Source of the DNA: Octopus sinensis
Lineage: Eukaryota
Direction of reading: 5' to 3'
Length of the DNA: 64,000 nt
Assembly: GCF_006345805.1 (NCBI RefSeq)
Contig: NC_042997.1
Span: forward strand, 25,048,001-25,112,000
The notes below the pieces were generated by a model. It was not told the origin of the DNA. It searched no databases and worked only from the letters and a program-made list of their open reading frames with translations. A program made the translations under genes and the position numbers. Positions 1 through 12,454 of the stretch are shown piece by piece (position 1 is the first letter of the stretch; every line of letters starts with the position of its first letter).

Positions 1-420
1 GTCAGCAACTTGTGGAGGGGGTTAAGTCGATTACATCGACCTCAGTGTTCAACTGGTACTTTATCGACTGATTTTATCGACCTCGAAAGGACGAAAGGCA
101 AAGTCGACCCAGGAGGCTTTTGTGTTTATAACGTAGCGGCGTTTTGCTTGGTTTACTAACGATACTGCTGGCTCACTGGCTGAAATTTCGATGTAATATT
201 ACACGTTTCAAATTAATGATTTCAGATTTTGGCACAAAACCAGCAACAGTAAGTCGATTAGCTCGGCCCCAGTGTTCAGCTGGTACTTATTTTATCGACA
301 AAGAAGGGATAAATGGCAAAGTCGACCTCAACGGAATTTGAACTCAGACTGTAAAGACAAACGAAATGCTGCTAAGCATTTTGTCCAACGTACCAACGAT
401 TCTGCTAGTTCACCGCCTAA
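1..420 (-). mobile_element. tRNA-derived SINE, family A (two degenerate partial copies)
   Basis: Matches the family A body seen at 10705-10940 (gtcgattacatcgacc...aactggtact...aaaggcaaagtcgacc...gaatttgaactc), reverse orientation. Confidence 0.8.
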
Positions 421-1569
421 CACGTTTCAAAAATAATGATCGATAAAATACAACGGTTATAAACGGTGTATATACATTTGACCATTGATTATAGATTTCG
501 GAAAGGATATTGAAATGGTGATATTGCAAACATTACGTTTAAGATCAGCTATGTTAGAATATATCTAATCCTTATTAAAATTGCGTTGTTAACTAGAATA
601 ATTATCGCTTACGCTATTTAAATCAATTTTTCTGGTTATATTTCAATATCTTGTTCTCAACCCACAGTGTGATAACTGAACGCAAACGATAGCATCGATA
701 CGATCATAATTCAGCAATGTCTTCATTATCAATAATCATTAACCAATTATTTAAAGTAAGATGGGAATATATTAAGTAAATGTCGTTATATATGGGAAAA
801 AGTTGCTTTACCGATATCGCTCCAATTTCATAGCAAACGAAATTACTCTAGACACCACACCACACCACACACATTCACTCGCACATATAAACAGATAAAA
901 GATATCTAAATATAAGCATATAAATACTTTTACATACACATACACATGAACACAGACAATATACATATATGCTTACATTCATAAACCTATATATCTATAT
1001 GTACATATGTACATTTATGCTTGTATATGTAGATGTGGATTTATAAATTGTCACACACACACACACACACACACATACAAGGACACACACGCGCAAACAC
1101 ACATATATAGGTAAAGATACATACACACGCAATATCTCACAGTAACGTTTATCTCACAAGTGACTTGATACGCAGAAGTATGTTGATAGCAGTGTTCTTA
1201 ATACTAGCACTAAACTATGTTGTAAATATTACATGGAAATAATTTATTTCACTTTCACTTTGACCGGGATACCACCTGGTCCTCGGAAACGAAGCCATTT
1301 TGTCAAACATTTCGAGCCAACATTGCCACCCTCAGTTCATGGATAGAATCCAATCCTGTTTTCTCTTTCACGTTATTAATAAATGTCAAACGACGTCTCC
1401 ATGCATGCATTTACCATGCTGTGGGTCCCATACAAGGACCAGTCTGATTTTTATTCTCCTTGACAATCTTGACTTCCATGTTTTCTAGGGACACGCTGTG
1501 CAAGCTTGTTCTTTTTACTTTGATATCAGTATCGGAGCTGTTTATCCAACTACCAGGATAACTGAAATA

Positions 1570-1827
1570 AAATAATAAATGCGCCCTTTTAAAGCCTAGC
1601 TAGGCTCATGGGCCCGATTTCCCGGATTCTATGGCGTATGAGTTCCCTAGCTGGACGGGATGCCAGTCCATCGCAGCGTTACTCATTTTTGCCAGCTGAG
1701 TGGACTGGAGCAACGTGAAATAAAGTGTTTTGCTCAAGAACACAACGCGTCGCCCGGTCTAGGAATCGAAACCACAATGTTACGATCATGATGCTGACAC
1801 CCTAACCACTAAACCACGCGCCTCCAC
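1570..1827 (-). mobile_element. tRNA-derived SINE, family C (head + cagtccactcagctggcaaaaatgagt core + C tail)
   Basis: A box TGGTTTAGTGGTTAGG and B box GGTTTCGATTCC on minus strand; 13-bp TSD gata(a/t)ctgaaata at 1557-1569 and 1829-1841. Confidence 0.85.
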
Positions 1828-1924
1828 GGATATCTGAAATATTCAACTGAATTCATGTTTGATTCGTCTAGTGCTTATAGATCTATGTCGTTGCTTTGAT
1901 TGAAGAACATGTATAAAGTTACCA

Positions 1925-2317
1925 GTGGAGGCGCAATGGCCCAGTGGTTAGGGCAGCGGACTCGCGGTCATAGGATCGCGGTTTCGATTCCCAGACCGGG
2001 CGTTGTGAGTGTTTATTGAGCGGAAACACCTAAAAGCTCCACGAGGCTCCGGCAGGGGATGGTGGTGATCCCTGCTGTACTCTTTCACCACAACTTTCTC
2101 TCACTCTTACTTCCTGTTTCTGTTGTACCTGTATTTCAAGGGGCAGGCCTTGTCACTCTCTGTGTCACGCTGAATATCCCCGAGAACTACGTTAAGGGTG
2201 CACGTGTCTGTGGAGTGCTCAGCCACTTACACGTTAATTTCACGAGCAGGCTGTTCCGTTGATTCGGATCAACCGGAACCCTCATAATCGTAACCGACGG
2301 AGTGCTTCCACCCATCC
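1925..2317 (+). mobile_element. tRNA-derived SINE, family B, full length
   Basis: GGAGGCGCAATGGCCCAGTGGTTAGGG head, GGTTTCGATTCC B box; near-identical copies at 21865, 33056, 59691; TSD ataaagtta at 1913-1921 and 2318-2326. Confidence 0.92.
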
Positions 2318-2785
2318 ATAAAGTTATCTCCGCATGTGAGTGGAGACTTATATTACTTGCTGTGGTCTCTACACCATTGAGCAGCTCTTGCGCTTGTTCT
2401 CTTTCATTGAAAATAAGTGCTATACCATCAACGAAGTGAAAGTCGGTAATGATGATAAATGGTATACACGATGATCTGTCGATCCCAAGCTTTCTGGTTT
2501 GTTGCTCGTTGCTTGACGTATTATATCATCCAGGGCAATAGCCAACAAATACATTCGAAATGTTGAAACCTATAATAGTTTTGCAAAAAAAAAAAGGTTA
2601 TCATCATAGAGTGTCAGCAATGACCGTGGAAGGGTTTAAAATTGTGCGGCTTGTACAACACCACAACGGCCCTCTCTAGCAATAACAAGAAACCCAGAAA
2701 AAAGCTAAGTGCAAGATATCCGGCTCAGTAAATTGCGGGTTTTATATACGAGTTAGCCTTCTCCTACAAGGATGTTTTGACAAAT

Positions 2786-3032
2786 ACCTATTTCTTTATT
2801 ACCCACAAGGGGACAAACAAGGACAGACAAGGACAGAGGGGACAAACAAGGACAGACATAGGTATGAAGTCGATTACATCGACCCCAGTGCGTAACTGGT
2901 ACTTAATTTATCGACCCCGAAAGGATGAAAGGCAAAGTCGACCTCGGCGGAATTTGAACTCACAACGTAACGCAGACGAAATACCGCTACGCATTTCGCC
3001 CGGCGTGCTAACGTTTCTGCCAGCTCACCGCC
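2786..3032 (-). mobile_element. SINE family A
   Basis: Reverse complement of GGCGGTGAGCTGGCAGAAACGTTAGCACGCCGGGCG...GAGTTCAAATTCCGCCGAGGTCGACTTTGCCTTTCATCC. Confidence 0.9.
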
Positions 3033-3528
3033 TTGACAAATACCAGAGATCCCTCATTCTCAGAATACAGAGTTTTAACTGCATGAATCTAGTGCAATTC
3101 CAAAGAGAAAGCCGACATATGGTAGGAAAATCTTGAAGCATGACATGGATCTACAGGAAATATGCACTGCTACAATATATAAAAAAAAAATGCCTTTCTG
3201 CACTGCGAGATTGCTGATCTGAAACACTAACAGATATGTATTAGTATTTTCTATCGGCGAGAAAAGAAACTGCAGAACAATACGGAGAAGCGATGTAAAA
3301 CGGAGCCGGGGTTGTTGCAGCATGTGAAAAAATTAAGATACTGACTACATTTTGGTGCAGCAAATCAAGAAAACCAAATACTTATATATATATTTAAATT
3401 ATTATTATGGTTATAATTATAGAAATCTTGAATAAGGTTACCGATAAAGGTTATTTTAACATACCGAACTACTTGGTAAAATTATCAATTATTAATTAAT
3501 TAATTTTACCCATTATCATTATTGAAAG

Positions 3529-3559
<31 letters not shown>

Positions 3560-3565
3560 TATATA

Positions 3566-4146
3566 TATTGGGCTGGCAAGTTCTCGTCGTTTTTTTTAAA
3601 TTTAAATTTTTTTAAAGGTTTAATAAAAAATACCAACTAATTAATCAATAATGTATTCACCCTGTTGTTTACAACTTCTTTCCAACGTTCAACAAGATTT
3701 TCAATACCACGTTGGTAGAACTCACCCGATTTCAACTCGAAAAATTGATCTAACCAACCTCTCAATTCTGCATCAGTATTGAACAAAACTCCGTGCTGAG
3801 CATTTGAAATAGATCGAAAGAGTTGGAAATCCGTTGGTGCCAAATCAGGAGAGTACTACAGGTGTGGCAGCACTTCCCATCCGTGCGTTTAAATGGCTTC
3901 CTTGGTCATATTGGCGATATGAGGGTGGGCGTTGTCGTGCAGCAGAACTCCATGCTGGCGATTAGGTCTTTTGTCTTGAATAGCCGTGTTGAGTCGTTCT
4001 AAGGCCGCAAATTAACTAGAAAGGAAAAAAAGATTCCAAAATGATTCAAGAATAGAATTCTCGAAATAAATAGATTCCAAAATTTAAAAACCAAATAAAT
4101 TCCAAAATTTTAAACAAACTGCAGGAACTTAGATGCTAACCCAATA
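3566..4146 (-). mobile_element. Internally deleted mariner (DD34D) element
   Basis: Imperfect TIRs tattgggctggcaagttc / rc tattgggttagcatctaagttcc in (TA)n; minus translation [43 protein letters not shown], 34 residues between 2nd and 3rd D, with stops. Confidence 0.88.
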
Positions 4147-4364
4147 TATATATATATATATATAATATATATATATAATATATATATATATATATAGATA
4201 GATAGTTTGATGGATAGATATGTTTGTATGCACTTATGTATACATATATAAAGATATATCTACAGGCACATATGTACATGCATATGCATATTTATGGATA
4301 TATCCATACTAATCATATATATATGCCCCATCTGAATCTCTGTATCTTTCCATCTATTTAAACG

Positions 4365-4429
<65 letters not shown>

Positions 4430-4862
4430 GATGTGTGTATGTATGTGTGTGTGTTTATGTGTGTTTTTGGATATTGTATGTGTATGTGTGTGTATGTGCA
4501 TGCGTCCAAGTTTATAATGCTCAGCTTCTGTATTTAGGTGTATGCATGGGCAGAAATTCATGAAAATACATTCATATAATTAAAATTGAATCGCCTCTGA
4601 GACATAAATGTCTCGAAGACTATTTATATTCAATTACCTTTATTGATTAAATTGATTTCAGATAAGGTCTGTTTACTTTTAAACGTTGCTGTTCGCAATA
4701 CCGAACGCATCGAAGTCATCAAAGCAAAGTTATATTCCACACCCTAGCATGACAACTAACTGCAAAATTTGCATTGTGCAATTTTCGGAACTAAAATGTA
4801 GATTTTCTCTATGCTATCCAAAAACATTTCGGTCCTGATCTTTCATTCACGTTCCCTATTAC

Positions 4863-4952
4863 CCTTGACCGAAATGAAAACACAATTCTGGTATTTTGAA
4901 TAGCACTGCTGCAATATATAAAAGCATGATAGACCACATTTCTCTTCTGTTC
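4863..4952 (-). CDS. Candidate exon with start codon and signal-peptide-like ORF MWSIMLLYIAAVLFKIPELCFHFGQG
   Basis: Acceptor ttattttcag|G at 4953/4952, ATG 4939-4937, donor AAGG|GTAATA at 4863/4862; no downstream in-phase exon identified. Confidence 0.25.
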
Positions 4953-5938
4953 CTGAAAATAATTGAACTCTCAGTAAATGCAAGCACCCTAACAATTTCA
5001 GACGAGGTCCATGATAGATTGATTCCGCATGTCGAAAGGATCTACCACATATGCTAGTCGGCATTTAACAAAAACCGCTCCGCTAGCTGGCAATTTGACA
5101 GACCAGCTGGAGCGCTGTCACCTCTCCTTTATTATTTTGCCCATATCATAATAATCTCTGTTCGTCATGGACTAACTTATTTAGTCACTTCCAGTTTATT
5201 TGTAGCTATTCTTTCCTCATCCATATTACACCCTCGCTAACCCCCTTTCCCTTGCCTTTCCTTCTCAAAGTGTCAGTCTTCTAGTAATTTCCTCTATGCT
5301 TGTAGTTACCTCTTAGTCATTAACTTGAAACTATTTAAGAGGAATTTGTCTACCTCGCTGGTCTCGGAGGGCCTGCAAAGATCATGCACGAAACCTTTCT
5401 TTCCTATATAAGAAAAATATTGTGAAAAGCTTGAGGCCTGCACGGGGTGGATGTAGGTGTCTTCAAAACAAAACTGGATCACCTCCCGTCAAGAAGAGAA
5501 AACTACATCGTGGTAGGTAACGCAGATGTGGGAAGCAGCATAAAACTCTCCCATTCGCCAAATGCAACATATCAGAGGAGTTTTCAAATAGTGAAGGTGA
5601 AAGAAATCTAACGGCGGTGCACCTGCAAGTCCACAGCTCTCAAGCTGAAACTATTAGGTTGTCAAGAAAGTTCTTGCGGAATTTGTAATTTTGGTTTTAA
5701 ATGACGTATTTTCAAATTAATTTTCGTTAAATTACTTGACTTTATATATCATTTTAAAGTCCCTTTTTCGCTCTGTCTAATCGTTTTACTATTTTTCTTT
5801 TTGAATAATTAGCCCATTTTTTCCGGAACGTTGAATACAACATGGACAAAAAGCAAGCTTTTCCAAATACGAAAATCTGCCTTTAGTGTTTTTAACAAAT
5901 ATTTATTTTTATATATAGGTATATTTTTATATATATGT

Positions 5939-7125
5939 ATCAGGCTGAGTAAAAAGTAAGCAACATTTTGAAACATGAAATTCATTACAATATATTTCAA
6001 CAATGCAGAAATCTTATGCATCAAATTACAATTAACACAATTTTGCCAACGAGTTACAAGCTTGTTTACTCCGGTAACATAAAAAGCTGGAGTTCTGGGC
6101 CTGGTGAACTCTTTGAACGCACTTTCAGCACCAGTTTGATTTTCTAACTCCTTCTCTCGCAGGAAACCATCAAGGTTCTTGAAAATGTGGTAGTCGGTAG
6201 GAGAAAGGTCTGGGGAATAAGCTGGGTGGGGAAGAACTTCGTAGCCAAGTTCCTTCAACTTCTGGAGCGTTATTAGTTAAACGTGTGGTCGAGCATTGTC
6301 ACGAAGAATGATTGAACCTCTTCTCTTCATGACAATATGTTTCTGCAGGTCTTTCCTCGTTTAAGAAGTTATAGTCGATGAGTCCAGCAGTACACCACCA
6401 AAAAGTCACCATTACCTTTTCTTTGAAGAGATCGAGTTCGGTGCTTCATTCTGGTCCAAACAGTGCGAAGCACGTTTTTTACTATTGTACAAAATTCACT
6501 TTTCATCGCAAGCTATTATACGGTCGAGAACTGGATCGGTCCAGCTACAGAGAAGAAGCGACTAGCAAATTTCTTATCTGCACATTTTCTGATTTTCTTT
6601 CAAATCGTGTGGTACCCATTTGTCGAGCGCTTTTGATTTTCTGATCGCATGCAAATGATTGCAGACATTGTCTGGCTAACTTGAAGTTCTTTCGCCAGTT
6701 CTCGAGTGGTTTTACGTGGATCTTTCTCAATGACGGTCTTCAATTTGTATGACATCGATGACAGATGGGCGTCCACTACGCTCACTTTCTTCAAGTCTCA
6801 AGTTTCCACTGCGAAACCGTTTAAATGATTTTCGAGCTAACCACTCACTGGTCATTTCCTCACCAAACGTTTCGTTGATATTGTGAGCAGTTTCAGCAGT
6901 TTCACGTCCTTTTTTCAAGTAGAATAGCAAAATTGCTCGAATATCGCGCTTTGACAGTTACATTTCAGATAACTGTAACAACATTGAAAAAAATATCAAT
7001 GTTAATTTATTGATGCATTTGGGCAAGTGAATGCCCGTGTTAGCAGACAATTTCATAAAACTCTGCAAAAATCTGGTACAGATTCTCCATGGTTCAAAAC
7101 GTTGCATACTTTTTACTCAACCTTC
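5939..7125 (-). mobile_element. Near full-length degenerate mariner transposon (transposase pseudogene)
   Basis: TIRs caggctgagtaaaaagtaagcaacattttgaaac (5941) and rc at 7092-7123; fragments IRAILLFYLKKGRETAETAHNINETFGE..ERSGRPS, DPRKTTRELAKELQVSQT, ELGYEVLPHPAYSPDLSPTDYHIF across frameshifts. Confidence 0.92.
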
Positions 7126-7999
7126 TATTTTTCCTTTATTAAATCAATTTGCTTTTTCCCTTCGATTTGTATTTTTATTTGGTATATTTTTGTAATGTTC
7201 ACATTTCCCTGTCAGTTGATATACCAGCTATCAAATATTCTAGGAAAACTTCATTACGTACGAACGAATGCTTTAACTAGAAAGGACACACAAACACACA
7301 TACACACATACAGCCACACACAGAGAAATACATCACACACATATGTATGTATGTGTATGTGTGTATATATGTATAATCAGTCGCTACGTTGTCCATTTGT
7401 CATTTCCCTTGTGATGTTACATTCTGACTGCGAGTGAAGGAAAAACTGAGAACAATACATAGTCATGTTAGGATAAAAAGAAAGAAGCTTAACTGCGGCC
7501 AAAGGTATGGCATACAGTTAAGAGGCCACAATCCCCATGATCGAACACAAAGGTACCGCTCCTTTACCATTACAAACTTTATTTCAAAGCTATTTTAATT
7601 AAATGTATAATAAGGTTAATAGCATTTTATCGAAGTTCATTCTTATAATTAACTTATTTATCGGCTATTCGTTGATAATTCTATTAGTGTTGAAATGGTG
7701 GGGTTTGAACACACATGGGATGAACAAGGGTCAGAGTTTACTTTTCCAATCGATTATTAACTCGCTTGTATTTCCAGTTTACCGATTTAACCACGGAACC
7801 TTGTTTACATTTTCTAGTCTTTATAGCTAACGGTGTGACCTAATTGAGTATATTTCATGTAGTGTATATTCTTCAACTGCATTCTGTACATATTGCAATA
7901 ATGTATCTGATATATCTTAAACATATTATGTACAATGTTTACACCACGTCAGGTATAAATATTATAAATATTATATATATATACACACACACACACATA

Positions 8000-8062
<63 letters not shown>

Positions 8063-8084
8063 TATATATATATATATATATATG

Positions 8085-8500
8085 CGTCGGAGTGGCTGTG
8101 TGGGTAAGTAGCTTGTTTACCAACCACATGGTTCCGGGCTCAGTCCCACTGCGTGGCACCTTGGGCAAGTGCCTTCTACTATAGCCTCGTGTCGACCAAA
8201 GCCTTGTGAGTGGATTTGATAGGCGGAAACTGAAAGAAGCCCGTCGTATATATGTATATATATGTATGTGTGTGTGCGTGTGCGTTTGTGTGTCTGTGTT
8301 TGTTCCCCCCAACATTGCTTGTCAACCGATGGTGGTGTGTTTACGTCGCCGTAACTTAGCGGTTCGGCAAAAGAGACCGATAGAATAAGTACTAGGCATA
8401 CAAAGAATAAGTCCTGGGGTGGATTTGCTCGACTAAAGACGGTACTCCAGCATGGCCACAGTCAAATGACTGAAACAAGTAAGAGAGTAAAAAAGTAAAG
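8085..8500 (+). mobile_element. SINE family D (internal (TA)/(TG) tract, gagtaaaa tail)
   Basis: ggagtggctgtgtggtaagtagcttg..ggttccgggttcagtccc head; copies at 27575, 33683 (-), 35165. Confidence 0.88.
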
Positions 8501-8589
8501 GAATATATATATATATATAATGCGTGTGTGTGTGTTCACTCTGTTTTACAATTTTAATGTTTCGTTTTACTTGTTATCAAAGACAAACT

Positions 8590-8862
8590 TTTTCTTTGTC
8601 AGACAAACACGGAATTTGAACTCAGAACGTAGCGGCAGACGAATTACTTATTTCTTTATTACCCACCAGGGGCTAAACATAGAGGGGATAAACAAGGACA
8701 GAAATAGGTATGAAGTCGATTACATCGACCCCAGTGCATAACTGATACTTAATTTATCGACCCCGAAAGGATAAAAGGCAAAGTCAACCTCGGCGGAATT
8801 TGAACTCAGAACGTAGTGGCAGACGAAATACCGCTAAGCATTTCAATGATCCTGCCAGCTCG
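8590..8862 (-). mobile_element. SINE family A, partial tandem
   Basis: Family A sequence in reverse with repeated gaatttgaactcagaacgtag segment. Confidence 0.85.
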
Positions 8863-9221
8863 TAGCGTTACGGAACATTTAAAACTAATACGTTGATAGG
8901 CCCTACTGCGTTAATTTTTCTAATAAAAACTAAGTATTTCTGAATAAGTACCTAGATTCTTCTTATCCTAATTACATAATTCGTCAAGTATTTTGTGCAG
9001 GTAAGATTTTACGGAGAAAACAATGGACAAAAAAATTTTTAAATGCCTTGTTTTAGAAGAAAGAACAATAGGTGTTCTATCATGTTATCTGTAACATGTT
9101 CTTTCGGCAAGCGAAGGTTAAATAGTTCGTGCTCCATGGGTCCTAGTAATTCATTATTGAGGCTAAGACGATATGAGAGAATCAGGTACTCTTGGGGGAA
9201 TTTGAACGACGATATTTTAAT

Positions 9222-9470
9222 GGCGGCGAGCTGGCCAAGGCGGCGAGCTGGCAGAATCGTTAGCACGCCGGGCGAAATGCTTATCGGTATTTCGTCTGAC
9301 GCTACGTTGTGAGTTCAAATTCCGCCGAGGTCGGCTTTGCCTTTCATCCTTTCGGGGTCGATTAAATAAGTACCAGTTACGTACTGGGGTCGATATAATC
9401 GACTTAATCTGTTTGTCTGTCATTGTTTGTCCTCTCTGTGTTGAGCTCCTTGTGGGTAGTAAAGAAAGAT
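9222..9470 (+). mobile_element. SINE family A with duplicated 5' 14-mer
   Basis: ggcggcgagctggc occurs twice (9222, 9239) before the usual body. Confidence 0.88.
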
Positions 9471-10469
9471 ATATTTTAATGGAATAAAATCGACCTAGGT
9501 TTAGATAATAAATACAGTGAGTTTTCAACAGTTTGTCAGTCTCCTTTCAATCAGCATGTGGGATTTAGTGAATGCAAAGAATTGTCTTTGGTACGTATTT
9601 CCGCTCTCTGAAAAAACGATTTATTTTCTTTTTCACGGTTATCACATTTATCAACATCGGTGTAATGCTCATTAAAACAACAATAATAATGAAAATACGA
9701 CAAAAACTACTGTGGCAGGGTATGAACTGTGTAGTCAACAAGTTGCTTATTAACTCGATCTAATTATTCATGTCTTTGCACGAAAGTATTATAAGCCAAT
9801 GTTGGTGATTCAAACTAGCACAGTATATTAAAAGCATTTATTTTATCAACCTTGAAATCAAGACGAGTAGAGATGTGATTTAAAACTGCTAGGCATTCAT
9901 TCAAAGTCTTCTATTATTTCTGCTAATTCTTCTTATTTAAATAAACGAATATTATACAGGAATATTAGCGAATGCCATAAAACGAGAGATAAGACTGCAT
10001 CAAGCTGATAACATGGAGCAGTACATGATTCAATATAAAACGGAAAATATTTCTTTCATATTAAAGCTAGAATAGCTTCCTCAAAGCTAAACTTTTTCGA
10101 AATTATGTACAACGTACAAATTGTTACTAAACAAGCGTATGTACAGCATATTTTTCCTTAAAAAATAAATATGCATTTATTCTATTAAAAAGCATTGAGT
10201 AACCCTTCGGATTCTTAATTTCCTCTATAAGCACAATGCCAGACATTTTGGTGGGAAGGTTAATTTCTTTGTCAAATATATTGACCCTAGTATTCATCTG
10301 CTACTTATTTTATCGACTCCGAATTGACGAAAGGCAAAAAGTCGAACTCGGTGAGAGTTTTGACAAGAACATGAGGTGTCGTATGAAATGCTGCTAAGCA
10401 TTTTATCTCCCGTGCTAACGTTTCTTATTTCTTATTTCCACTTTCCATCCGCTTAATAATGGTTTCGAA

Positions 10470-10672
10470 CTTTGAAACCAGGCCAGTAATGTTGGGGGAG
10501 AGGTTAAGTCAATTACATCGACTTCAGCACTCAACTGATACTTATTTTATGCCTCCCGAAAGGAGGAATGGCAAAGTCGACCCTGGTGGATTTTGAAACT
10601 AAAACGTTGGGACAGACGGAATGCCGCTAAGCATTTTGCCCGGCATGCCAACGGTTCTGCCAGCTTGCCGTC
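10470..10672 (-). mobile_element. SINE family A (diverged)
   Basis: Reverse family A body, head-to-head with copy at 10705. Confidence 0.8.
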
Positions 10673-10704
10673 TTTCGTTATTTGAATATTAGAATATTTT
10701 TTAA

Positions 10705-11295
10705 GGCGGCGGGCTGGCAGAATCGTTAGCACGTCGGGCGAAATGCTTAGTGGTATTTCGTCTGCCGTTACGTTCTGAGTTCAAATTCCGCCGAGGCCGA
10801 CTTTGCCTTTCATCCTTTCGGGGCCGATTAAATAAGTACCAATTACGCACTGGGGTCGATATAATCGACTTAATCCGTTTGTCTGTGTCCTTGTTTGACC
10901 TCTCTGTGCTTAGCCCCTTGTGGGTAGTAAAGAAATAGGTATTTCGTCTGTCTTTGTGTCTTTAGATTCTGAGTTGAAATTCTGCCGAGGTCTACTTTGC
11001 CTTTCATCCTTTTGAGATCGATAAATTAAGTACCAGTTGCGTACTGGTATCGATTTAATCAACTGCACACCCCACCCTGCCGAAAAAATTTCGGGCCCTG
11101 TGCTTAGAGTAGAAAAGAATCGTTAGCACGCCGGGCAAAATGCTCAGTAGCATTTAGTCCGTCCTTACTATGTGAGGTCGACTTGACTTTCATCCTTTTG
11201 GCGGTCGATGAAATAAGTGTCAGTTAAGCGTTGGAGGTCAATGTAATGGACTTAACCACAATCCCAAAACTGATGGCCTGGTGCCAAAATTTGAA
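10705..11295 (+). mobile_element. SINE family A multimer (full unit plus two partial units)
   Basis: Unit restarts at ggtatttcgtctg (10938) and at gaatcgttagcacgccgg (11118). Confidence 0.85.
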
Positions 11296-11544
11296 ACTTA
11301 ATGTTTATTCAGGTGAATATACCTTGGGAATTATTTTTGTTAAACACCAGGTATTGTCCTTGAAAACTGTAACAACAATGAAATCGTGATTCTACTACTT
11401 CTCTGAATATAATTATATGGATTTGTTCCGTTTTTAATAGATGAATTAAAAAGTTCGACAGCTTCTTTTCTTAGATTCTACATTGTGAAAAAAATCTAAG
11501 AGAAAGCCACTCTCGTTTAAACCAAAGAATGTTCAAAGATTGAA

Positions 11545-11926
11545 TATACTTTCTAGGCACACGGCCCAAAATTTTTGTGGAGGGGGCCAGTCGATTAGAT
11601 CGACCCCTGTACGCAACTGGTACTGAATTTATCGATCTCGAAAGGATGAAAGGCAAATTTGAACTCAGAACGTAAAGACAAATGAAATAACTTTTTTTTT
11701 TTTACTACCCACAAGGGGCTAAACACAGAGAGGACAAACAAGGACAGACAAACGGATTAAGTCAATTATATCGACCCCAGTGCGTAACTGGTACTTATTT
11801 AATCGACCCCGAAAGGATGAAAGGCAAAGTCGACCTCGGCGGAATTTGAACTCAGAACGTAGCGGCAGACGAAATACCGCTAAGCATTTCGCCCAGCGTG
11901 CTAACGTTTCTGCCAGCTCGCCGCCT
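11545..11926 (-). mobile_element. SINE family A, partial dimer
   Basis: Reverse family A body with repeated core. Confidence 0.85.
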
Positions 11927-12267
11927 TCAAAGACTGAATATTACTGCTACGTATATCATTAAGTCTGAAGAAATGAAAGTTAAAGTCGCTTCAAAATCGG
12001 AATTTGAACTCTAGCCTGTGTTGTATTAAACTAGGGAGATGGCATGTTTTTCTTCCCCACTAGTTTATAAAGTTTGCTTATATAATTATCCCATGAGAAA
12101 ACATGCTTGTCTCTTTTTGTTATGCTTAGAAATATTCCTTCAGTTTTTTTCCTTCGAGCTCAGTCTTTTGTTCACTACATTATGTATCGGGTTATTAATA
12201 TGACTATAACAATCTCTGTCTGTCTGTCTTTTTCTGTCTCTTTCTGTCTGTCTCCTCTCTCTCTCTC

Positions 12268-12303
<36 letters not shown>

Positions 12304-12394
12304 TGCATGTCTTTGTTTTTGTGATCGTGCATGTATGTATTTACCGATTGATTACATGTGTGTGTGAGTGCGTGTGTATGCATGTGTGTGTGTG

Positions 12395-12454
<60 letters not shown>

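Larger units (their letters stand above)
1390..2560 (-). pseudogene. Decayed RTE-clade LINE reverse transcriptase fragment, interrupted by two SINEs
   Basis: Minus-strand translation with frameshifts: YLLAIALDDIIRQA..IITDFHFVDGIALIFNEREQAQELLNGVETTAS..YMFFNQ..VEYFRYPGSWINS..WKSRLSRRIKIRL, following the RTE RT (FADD region) and thumb pattern. Confidence 0.75.

Noticed and set aside
1925-2000. tRNA-like heads (also at 1750-1827, 17110-17192, 21865, 33056, 59691)
   Set aside because: They continue into SINE bodies with TSDs; not tRNA genes
9039-9266. Minus ORF with protein-like FPQEYLILSYRLSLNNELLGPMEHELFNLRLPKEH
   Set aside because: Starts inside a SINE; no convincing splice sites or recognisable homology
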